From a virus: a stretch of DNA of 64,000 nt. The translations under genes and the position numbers were made by a program. Below, one piece after another: positions 46,835 to 55,700 of the stretch. Position 1 is the first letter of the stretch. Every line of letters begins with the position of its first letter. Below the pieces are notes generated by a model. That model was not told the origin of the DNA, did not search any database, and worked only from the letters and a program-made list of their open reading frames with translations. The stretch is taken from the IMG/VR virus record IMGVR_UViG_3300030333_002628, positions 7,266 through 71,265 of that record; one strand, written 5' to 3'.

Positions 46835-48223
46835 ATGGCAGAGCGTAGCATCTTGGATAAAATGCTTGGTCGAAACAAAGAACAGACCGTAGCGGCACGA
46901 ATTCCAACAAATAAGACGTTTCAGGTGGCGGCTGGTATACCTGATATAGTTAGAGATACAGAAAGGCTGAACAAAGACTCAAATTACGACAGCGAATTTG
47001 ATATGTATGATTTAATGCTTAAACTAGACCCAGAACTAAACGGGGCAGTTAGAGCAGTTAGCCTAACAGCAAATAACTTTGAGATTAATTACGACAAAGG
47101 ACGTAACGCACGCATAAGGAATGCGGTTCGTGATTTAGTAGAAGAAACTCTTGATTTCGATGACATACTAATTAACGCTATGAGAAATCTCATGGTTTAC
47201 GGTAACGACATCAACAAGATAGTAGGGAAGCAAGGAGTAGGCGTTACAGACCTACAAAATCTCCCCATTATGCAAATAAACATTGTAGATGAGAGGGGCG
47301 GTCTTGGTTCGTATTTCGTAGCAGATAAAGATAATCCAGTAGTTAAGCCAGTAACCTATATGCTTAGGGAGGCTACATCTTACGAGAAGGCCATACCCGC
47401 AGAGGAGATAATGCACATTAAAATTGACTACAGAAGCAATTGGTTTGTAGATAAGAAGGGGCGAAAGACCTACGGCGTTTGGGGTGCGTCCCGATTCTCG
47501 GCGCTTAAGCAGGCTATACGCATGAAGTATAACTCTCTGAATAACAGGTTGTCCCTAGAGGATAGTATGACAAAGCAATATATCACAATTGACAAGTCAG
47601 CCATAGAGCATATCCAAGACCCTGCCGAGCAGTATGACAGGCTTAATACTATAATGAATGATGTAATATCTCTGTTTGAGGGGCTTAGGGGAGACCAGAT
47701 TCCAGTATTGCCCCACTATGTAGAATTACATCACGTAGACTTAGGTAATTCTCTTCCTAACAGCGCAGACTTTTTAGACAGCATAAATGCTGACATTGCT
47801 GCCGTTCTTCAAGTCCCACGTGTAGCAGCAGGGCAAGAAAGAGGAAGCACATTCGCTGCCACTTACAATGCTAATATGTGGGCAGTCCAAGCCATCAGCA
47901 GAATGCACAAAGTTTTACAGCAGGCTTGCCGTGATTTGTTTTCCATGCACTTGACACTACTAGGCATAGAGCATAAAAAGTCAGAATTGCCGACCATAGA
48001 ATTTGATGCTATGGATAGCGAAACACCGCTTAATATTATGCAAAGGGCAAGCATGGGCTATGACTCAGGCATTTTAACACTCAATCAGGCACTTGAAATT
48101 CTGGATTTGCCAGCCGCAAAGAAAGAAGATGGGGAAAAGAGGAAAGAAGCGCCAGACCCCACGATAAACGAGTTACCACCTGAGAATTCGCAACCGGGGG
48201 CAGAGAATGAGCGACCAGAGTGA
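46835..48223 (+). CDS. Portal protein
   Basis: 462 aa, first gene of the head module. DPELNGAV, LMVYGND, EEIMHIK, YGVWGAS, IAAVLQVP, GILTLNQA. Confidence 0.88.
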   Translation: MAERSILDKMLGRNKEQTVAARIPTNKTFQVAAGIPDIVRDTERLNKDSNYDSEFDMYDLMLKLDPELNGAVRAVSLTANNFEINYDKGRNARIRNAVRDLVEETLDFDDILINAMRNLMVYGNDINKIVGKQGVGVTDLQNLPIMQINIVDERGGLGSYFVADKDNPVVKPVTYMLREATSYEKAIPAEEIMHIKIDYRSNWFVDKKGRKTYGVWGASRFSALKQAIRMKYNSLNNRLSLEDSMTKQYITIDKSAIEHIQDPAEQYDRLNTIMNDVISLFEGLRGDQIPVLPHYVELHHVDLGNSLPNSADFLDSINADIAAVLQVPRVAAGQERGSTFAATYNANMWAVQAISRMHKVLQQACRDLFSMHLTLLGIEHKKSELPTIEFDAMDSETPLNIMQRASMGYDSGILTLNQALEILDLPAAKKEDGEKRKEAPDPTINELPPENSQPGAENERPE

Positions 48224-49130
48224 GCAGAACATTATCCAAGAGTTAAATGCTCGATTCCAAGAATTGCGTGCCTTAATGATTACAATAGGCTCAGTTATAG
48301 CCATGCTTCTAGCCGGATTAAATGAAGTAGGGTTTATACAGTTTGCCGTAGATAGTCTTGTAGACTGGGCCGAAGACGACCCAGATAGAAATCCTTACAT
48401 TGATTCTTGTGAAGAAGATTGGGAAATGGTAGCAGACCACTACATAATAGAGACAAACGTTCTGTTTTCCATACATCTACTAGATTACGCTTGGTGCAAT
48501 TCTATACACACTATAAATTATAATGTTAGTATGGACGGTAAATCAAAGGCTGGAGAAAGCGCCGAATTTAGGAATGAGCATCAGTTTGTAGTCACTATAG
48601 AAGACATTAGTGAAGGAACGCATCGTGCGTATATAGAAGTATGGAACGGCTCAGTCTCCTTATTTGAAAGTAAAACAATAGACTTTGAGTATGATTATAT
48701 GGAAATGGAGAGTGCAGTATATGGTTGCACTAACACCACAGCATTAAATTATAATGAGTCTGCAACCCATGATGACGGAACTTGCGAATACCCCCAAGAG
48801 GAAGAGGAAGTTACGGATGATTGCTATGCCTATTTCTACGATGTGTTTTCCTATTGGAATGAAACCAACGAATCGCTCTACAACGAGTTTGATGTAGACT
48901 TTTCTTGTATGGCTAATGTTACGGTGTTTGTGACAATAGACGCTTATGATTCCTTGAATGAAACTCTGTTATATCATGTAGAAGATAACTTTACAACCTA
49001 TCATCAAGAATGGGATTACCAATATCTTGATTTCTATGACAAGCCCTATGAAGCACCACTAAATACTCATTACCAAGTATATTATAATGAGACTCTACAA
49101 GATGAGGCTTGGTATAGGGTAGAGGCATGA
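48207..49130 (+). CDS. Membrane-anchored acidic surface-type protein
   Basis: N-terminal TM (LMITIGSVIAMLLAGL); YGCTNTTALNYNESATHDDGTCEYP motif; several N-x-S/T sequons. Confidence 0.7.
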   Translation: MSDQSEQNIIQELNARFQELRALMITIGSVIAMLLAGLNEVGFIQFAVDSLVDWAEDDPDRNPYIDSCEEDWEMVADHYIIETNVLFSIHLLDYAWCNSIHTINYNVSMDGKSKAGESAEFRNEHQFVVTIEDISEGTHRAYIEVWNGSVSLFESKTIDFEYDYMEMESAVYGCTNTTALNYNESATHDDGTCEYPQEEEEVTDDCYAYFYDVFSYWNETNESLYNEFDVDFSCMANVTVFVTIDAYDSLNETLLYHVEDNFTTYHQEWDYQYLDFYDKPYEAPLNTHYQVYYNETLQDEAWYRVEA

Positions 49131-49228
49131 GGAAAAGCACTTTGGTCTTTATCAAAGTAGGGTTTATTTGTCTTGGTTCTATGGTTGCTTTTTTCATTGC
49201 TGCTATGTTAACCACGAATAGTTCATAA
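49127..49228 (+). CDS. Small membrane peptide (33 aa)
   Basis: MRKSTLVFIKVGFICLGSMVAFFIAAMLTTNSS; ATGA overlap with the upstream gene. Confidence 0.4.
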   Translation: MRKSTLVFIKVGFICLGSMVAFFIAAMLTTNSS

Positions 49229-49251
49229 ATCACTTGCAAACTCAAGTGTTT

Positions 49252-50586
49252 ATGTCGTGCGGATGCGATTGTGAAACAGAAGCAGAAGCAAAAGAGTTTG
49301 TAGAAGAGGTTTCTGCCTTTACAACGTGTGAGGCTTGTGAAACAGAAGCAGGGTGCAAAGACGACAAATCTTGTTCCAAAGGTAGTTACAAAGCAGAAGA
49401 AGAATACGAACCCGTTATTTGTGAATCCTGTGAAGGCGCTTTTTTGAAATGCCCGCCAGGTGAAGAACTGGTAGAGGGAGAGTGCAGAAAGGTTGCTGTA
49501 ACTCTTGAACTAGATATTGATGAAGTAGAGGCAGTAGTAGAAGCCTCTACAGGTAATACTATTATAGAAATAAGGGGCGTGGCATTTCACGAAGGCGTAA
49601 ACAAAAACGGCTGGTCTTTGACTTCTGCTGGTGCTAAGTCTCTAATTCATCAGATGGAGGGTGCAGATGTCACTCTTAATCACCCAGAAGCCTCAGAGCA
49701 TGGTTCTGGGTTTACCCGTAACATGGATGGGGGCGTAGAAGAGGCAGTAGTAGGTTACATCAAGTCTGCTTCTTTCTTTACAACCCAAGATGGCTATGAG
49801 GTTAGATACGTGGCTCATGTAGTTAGGCATGAGTTATTTGGCAGTTTAGAGTCCGGCTTGTGGTCGAGAGACGACTATGGTGTGAGCATCGGCGGGTCGG
49901 GCATACCAATCGAAGCAGATGAAGAAGGTATAGTCTTTGGTGAAGATTTTACTTTCGACCATCTTGCCATTGTTCACAGGCCCGCTTACGAGCGTGCAAG
50001 TATAGAAAGTGTGCGTAGAATTGAAAAACCAGAGGAAATTCAAGCAACCTTTATATCTCATTCAAAAGGTGAGGAGGATAACCAAGAAGTGGTGAGCGCA
50101 ATGACAGAGACGGAAATTGTAGATAACACGAACTTAGAAGCAGAAATAGAGGCTCTAAAGGCTGACCTAGTTCTCGCATCGAGCAGGGTTGCCGAGTTTG
50201 AGGCAGCAGAAGACGCTCGCATCGAGTCAGAGAGGGTCGCTCTTGTAGAGCAGGCTTCCGAAATGGGTATGTCAGGTCACGATGACCTACAGGCAGACAC
50301 CATTCGCAGCCTGATTGCATCATGGGAGGCTTCCCATCCAGAGCCAGCCCCAGTAGTTATGGAAGAAGTTACCAGCGAGCCTTCTGTTGAAGAGACTCCA
50401 GTAGCAGCCTCCGAAACTCCAAGGTCAGTAGTAGCCAACTACCTAAACGGTAAGATTGTAGAGTCCGATGAGGGCATCTACGAGAGGGCATACAACGCTT
50501 GGGCAAAGGCATGGAACGGAACACTCGATAGGGACGAGGACGGATTGAGAGCCAGACCCTACTCAGAGATAAAGGAGATGATTTGA
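49252..50586 (+). CDS. Prohead protease / scaffold fusion with Cys-rich N-terminus
   Basis: GVNKNGW, VTLNH, GVSIG and HLAIVHRPAY motifs, then an acidic coiled coil. Start ATG is 30 nt below TTCATAAA. Confidence 0.8.
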   Translation: MSCGCDCETEAEAKEFVEEVSAFTTCEACETEAGCKDDKSCSKGSYKAEEEYEPVICESCEGAFLKCPPGEELVEGECRKVAVTLELDIDEVEAVVEASTGNTIIEIRGVAFHEGVNKNGWSLTSAGAKSLIHQMEGADVTLNHPEASEHGSGFTRNMDGGVEEAVVGYIKSASFFTTQDGYEVRYVAHVVRHELFGSLESGLWSRDDYGVSIGGSGIPIEADEEGIVFGEDFTFDHLAIVHRPAYERASIESVRRIEKPEEIQATFISHSKGEEDNQEVVSAMTETEIVDNTNLEAEIEALKADLVLASSRVAEFEAAEDARIESERVALVEQASEMGMSGHDDLQADTIRSLIASWEASHPEPAPVVMEEVTSEPSVEETPVAASETPRSVVANYLNGKIVESDEGIYERAYNAWAKAWNGTLDRDEDGLRARPYSEIKEMI

Positions 50587-50587
50587 A

Positions 50588-51001
50588 ATGGCAGCACTAA
50601 ATGAGACAAGGAATTGCGCAGACATACAGGAGACTTTTGACGGTCAGGGTTACTTGGTAAAGTATCACGCAAACGGCATTCTAAAGACGGCGGCTGTGGA
50701 TGACAACCCAATGGGAGTTACCGCAGCAGAGTCCTCAAGGGACGCATCAGGCTCTTTGGAGGCAGCAGGCACAGGAACAGTAGCAGTTTACCCACTATCT
50801 GGAATTGTTTACGTCAAGTGCATGGGAATTGCATCAAACGTCACAAAGTTCGGACTTCCTCTATACTGCGGAACTACAGACGGCTACGCAGATGATGATT
50901 CTTCCAACTCCGCTACCCTAATCGGCTACTACGCCGGAGAGGACGGATTGACGATAACGGCTGGCGATTTGGTTCCAGTCTTCGTGGTGGGGCACAACTG
51001 A
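50588..51001 (+). CDS. Capsid decoration/cement protein
   Basis: 137 aa, Gly/Ala-rich, between protease and MCP; AGDLVPV C-terminus. Confidence 0.6.
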   Translation: MAALNETRNCADIQETFDGQGYLVKYHANGILKTAAVDDNPMGVTAAESSRDASGSLEAAGTGTVAVYPLSGIVYVKCMGIASNVTKFGLPLYCGTTDGYADDDSSNSATLIGYYAGEDGLTITAGDLVPVFVVGHN

Positions 51002-51012
51002 GGTGATGATGA

Positions 51013-51933
51013 ATGGCAAATGATACACTAGATAAGATACTAAACGTAGAAGCAGCAGACGGGCCTTTTTCGGTTCCAGATGCAGTCCTTGAGCAGACTC
51101 TAAGAGACTTCATCCAACTACAGAGCAACACTATCGCAATAGCAACAGACTTGGTTGGCGTAAGGTCAGTCCCTTGGCTGGAGTTCACTTGGTATACCGG
51201 AGTTAACGGAACTTTCGACTACCCGCTAGACGATGTGGCCCTAACTGACCCAACCAAGGTCGGAACGGCTAACTACACGACCAAGTTAGAGAAGGGACAG
51301 GGTAGAGTCACCTTCCTAGACGCTGTAAGACTACGAGGCGAGACTTGGGAGAACATCGACAGGCAGCAATTGGCTATCGTCCGAGCAAGGGCAGACAAGA
51401 TTGACAACAAGATTCTAACCGACCTAATGGCTGGCGTTGGAAACACCGATGTCGCAACAGGTGGCGGAACTTCAAGGTGGGGCTTGAGTGCCGCAGACGA
51501 AGAAGGCAACGTCCTTACGGCTATGGATGCAATCTTCGCTAACGGAAAGGTTAGCGGTAACGAGCCTCTAGCCCTTGTCGCACCAGCAGACAAGAGAAGC
51601 GCACTTCTCAACACTACTCTTTACGGAAACGTTGTTGAGTCCCTAGCAGACCACTTGGCTAGAATCGCATCCCTGCGAATCTACTACACCAGAGACATTG
51701 GTGCTGGTAGCGCTATGGGTGACGATGCTCTTCTTATGGTTCCAGGCGCTGAGACGGCTGAGTTCTTTACCTACAACGGTGAGGGCTTCCAAGAGACTGA
51801 ACTTACCAGAATCCCCGGCCTTGGTTTCGACTGGATGCTAACTTCCTACATGGGAAGCGTTGTTCACGAACACCAAGACGGTGCAGCAGCAGGTAAGAAC
51901 AACCGCATGGTGAAGATTACGACTGTAAGGTGA
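51013..51933 (+). CDS. Major capsid protein (HK97 fold)
   Basis: Position, 306-aa size, GAGGTGA SD, RARADKIDNKIL spine-helix pattern. Confidence 0.82.
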   Translation: MANDTLDKILNVEAADGPFSVPDAVLEQTLRDFIQLQSNTIAIATDLVGVRSVPWLEFTWYTGVNGTFDYPLDDVALTDPTKVGTANYTTKLEKGQGRVTFLDAVRLRGETWENIDRQQLAIVRARADKIDNKILTDLMAGVGNTDVATGGGTSRWGLSAADEEGNVLTAMDAIFANGKVSGNEPLALVAPADKRSALLNTTLYGNVVESLADHLARIASLRIYYTRDIGAGSAMGDDALLMVPGAETAEFFTYNGEGFQETELTRIPGLGFDWMLTSYMGSVVHEHQDGAAAGKNNRMVKITTVR

Positions 51934-51937
51934 TTAA

Positions 51938-52348
51938 GTGGCCGCTAAGACGGCTAAGAAAGCCACAAAGAAGAAGGCGGCAGCAAAGCCAAAGTCCCCT
52001 TCTAAGGCTTCACTTGTAAAGTCGCTTAAGGAAAAAGGCATTGAAGTCCCAGAGGGCGCAGTCATAGCAGACCTACAGCACAGACTAAAGCATTGGACGG
52101 GCGATGCAGGTTACAATGTTAGGTTGCATAAAGGCGTAGGCCCAAAGTGGGAAGGGCATCCTCTTTCTCTTCTAAGTGATAGGAAGGCCATGTATTGGTT
52201 GCCTGCATCTGCTTTTGCTGATGAGATTATCCGCACACGTTTGGTTCTAGTAGTTAAAAGGGGTCTACCTTTAAACAACGCTCTTGTCATAGATGTGCCT
52301 GTAGACTACGGTGGAGATGATGGCAGTAACGACAGCGCAGATTCGTGA
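51938..52348 (+). CDS. Hypothetical protein with Lys/Ala-rich N-terminus
   Basis: AAKTAKKATKKKAAAK followed by a short helical motif; follows MCP. Confidence 0.55.
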   Translation: MAAKTAKKATKKKAAAKPKSPSKASLVKSLKEKGIEVPEGAVIADLQHRLKHWTGDAGYNVRLHKGVGPKWEGHPLSLLSDRKAMYWLPASAFADEIIRTRLVLVVKRGLPLNNALVIDVPVDYGGDDGSNDSADS

Positions 52349-52745
52349 TTTGCTCAATAGGCCCAGAGGACTTACAGAAGCGACTATTAGTGAATATATT
52401 ACTATTAGAACGGCAGAAGTCAATAAGAAGGCTCGCGGCATCAAGTATATTGATGCTACTAATGCAGTCACCGACACCCTCAAAGAATCTGCTATTAAGT
52501 TTTTAGTATGCACCGATTGTTTGAGGGTATTAGTAGATACAATTCATGCTATTGTTCCTGAGAAAGAAAAGGGCGCACAGGATATTAGATTTGCTGCTCA
52601 GTTAAAGTCTATGGAAAAGCAGGCACTAGAAGCAATTAGAGCGATAGAAGAGAAGGGTGGAACTGCGTTTAAGGTCAAGGCCACTACAACTAAGGTTGGT
52701 GGCACTACGAGTTCGCAGTTAAGCGGTAGTTTGCACACCCTATGA
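52320..52745 (+). CDS. Probable head-tail adaptor
   Basis: MAVTTAQIRDLL...ISEYI..; typical size and position. Confidence 0.55.
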   Translation: MAVTTAQIRDLLNRPRGLTEATISEYITIRTAEVNKKARGIKYIDATNAVTDTLKESAIKFLVCTDCLRVLVDTIHAIVPEKEKGAQDIRFAAQLKSMEKQALEAIRAIEEKGGTAFKVKATTTKVGGTTSSQLSGSLHTL

Positions 52746-52759
52746 ATTAGGGTGTAAAT

Positions 52760-55700
52760 ATGGCAGATTATTTTTGGAAAGCGGTAGGCTCTTCTACAGA
52801 CCCTACTGTTGCAGGTAACTGGGTAAACTCTAGCGGTGTAGCATACGGAAGCGAACCGGATAGCGATGATATTATCCATTTTACAAGCGGTGGTAATAAA
52901 CCCTGTAATTTTACTAATCTAACTAAAACTTATGCTGGTATGCAAATCCATAGTGATATAGATACTGGGACAGGCGTTACTCTTGATAATACAGATATTA
53001 CTTTATCTGGTGATTTGAAATTTTACGGAAGTAATATACTAACAGTAAAAAATGATTCTACTATAACATTTACAGGTAGTTTTGGGAATGCACCAAGAGT
53101 CTACTATCCAGAGGGTTCAGATTGGGAACCAAGAAACGGTGTGTTTACAAATTCTTCTTCAAGAAGTAACTTAACTATAATATTTAACGGAAGTGGTAGC
53201 ACTACCTTCGTGCATGGTATTTACCCTAACATCACATTTACTGGTGGTAATTTATCCCCTACTGCTCACACTTCTATTACAAATAATTACAGTAAGGCAT
53301 CTATCTTAGATTTTAACTTAGGTGCTAATTGTAATGTTCAACCTTATTCTTCTGGCGCTACAAGCGAAAATGATTTAGATTTACACTTTTCCATAGAAGG
53401 TGAATTAACTCTTACAGGAACTTCTTTCAAATGGGGTAAATGTATCTTTGAACTTGCACCATACGCAGCAAATAAACCATTTCCTTTTGATGGTAATATT
53501 GCTAACTTTGGTGGGGGAACGCCAAAGACGTTTAGAGCAGAATACTATGATTTGAGAATTATACCCAGAGGGGGAAGTAAAGAAGGATATTTTACTTTAC
53601 CTACTGGTGCTATTATCAACTGTAACTCTTTTTATTTGTTGGATAATGGTAGGATATATGGGTCATCTTCTGGTGGTGGCGCAGAAATACATTGTGTAAG
53701 AAAGCCGGATATTAAAGGAGACTGGAATTTCCAACAAATATCAAAAACAGTTTACAGAACAATAGGGGCAAAGCCCTTACTTGGAACTCCTTTCGGTGGG
53801 ACTGGATTAGGCGATATAGGAACTTCGGGACAAGTTCTTGCTGTTAAATCTAATGGAACTGAATTAGAGTGGTCTTCTACCGCAGGCGGTGGTGGCCTTA
53901 GCACATTAGATGTAGTAGCAACGGATAGTGGTTATACTTGGGGAACAAATGATATTACCACTATTACTAATCTAAAAGTAGTCGCTGGTGCGAATGTTAC
54001 TCTTGCGACTGATACTACGAATAAAGCATTAAGAATTACTTCTACTGATACAAATACTACTTATAGCGCTGCTTCTACTAGCGCTGCTGGTTTAGTCACC
54101 GCATTACCTAACCCACACGGAGGGAAATTTCTTAGAGGCGATAATACATGGGTTGTTCCCCCCGATACTGATACTACATACACGGCCTATGCGGGCGCAA
54201 CTTCGCCCGGAACCGCCGCTTTAGTCCCTGCAAGAGATAGCGGAAGCACTACTACCAAATATCTTAGAGAGGATGGAGATTGGGTAGTCCCTCCTGATAC
54301 TGATACTAACACTACCACTACTGCTGATGTTCTAGCAGCACTTAACGCAGATTGGGGGGCAAGCAAAACCTTTGGGACGCAATCAAATGATACCGCTACA
54401 TTTAGTGGCCCAATTACTTCTACTGAGGGGACAATTACAGGAATTCTTTTTGGCACATCAGCAGATAATAGAATAAGATTTGATGAGTCTAATGATAGAA
54501 TACATCTTGAAACAAATGCCACTACAAGAATGAGTTTTTACAATGATGGCACAGTAAGCATGACAGGGAAATTAAATGTAGACCAATTAGCCCTTGATGA
54601 TAAAAGTATAACGGTTCATCCCTCAAATCATAATACCGCCGGACAAATTCTCACAATAAGGTCTGGAGATACGACTGCCGGAACAACTGATAACATAGCG
54701 GGCGGAAATTTAGTTTTAGCGGGCGGTGCTGGTAAAGGAAATGCTGCGGGAGGAAAAATAGTTTTCAAGGTTGCAGATTCGGGAACAGCAGGCGTAAGTG
54801 GCTTTCCCCTAAACCCTAAAGCAACCGCTATGACAATTAACGCTAATAAAAGTATTACAATGGAGTCTCATTTGACAATAGATGGAAATCTTACTGTAAA
54901 TGGGACTGAAACTACAGTAGATACTGCTACTTTATCGGTGGAAGACCCCCTAATAATATTAGCAAGCGGTAATAGTTCTGCTGATAGTATTGATATTGGT
55001 TTTTATGGATTGTATAATGCAAGTTCAACTCTTAAGTGGGCAGGTCTTTTCCGTGATGCAAGTGATGGTAAATTCAGATTATTCAAAGATTTAGAAGCCG
55101 AACCTTCTACTACAGTAAATACTAGCGGGACAGGTTATGCCATAGCGACTTTAGTAGCAAATCTTGAGGGAACAGCCTCTAGTGCTACAACGGCCACTAC
55201 TGCTACAAATGTAGTTATTACAGATAACGAAAACACCGATGAAGATAACGCAGTAGTTTTCGTTGCGGGCGCAGACGTTGATGGCTCTACAAGTGCAGGT
55301 TTAGAGTCTGATGGAAACCTAACTTACAACCCATCCACAGGACAATTAAGTGCTACTAAATTTGCAGGTGATGGTTCAAGTCTGACTGGATTAAGTGGTA
55401 ATGCTACTACAAGTGCTGTGACTGTGCAAGCAAGCCCCGATGATGAATTCAACTTAATACCCTTTATCGCAGATGCCGCTACTGCTTCGGGCAACCATGC
55501 TTTAGAAATGGATGCAGGCTTAAAATATAATCCCTCTACTAATGATTTTTTAGTAACGGGAATGTCACAAAACTACTTTACGACTACTGATTCTTTGAGA
55601 AAAGGTTTTGATAGTAGGGTCACTCAAACAGGCACTTCATGGACGGGAAATTCATCGCTTACAGTAGGGGCGAGATTTAGGGCCATACAAAGTGGGGCTG

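Noticed and set aside
47444-47455. Single TTTGTAGATAAG inside the portal gene
   Set aside because: It is an isolated in-frame copy (FVDK) and plausibly chance.
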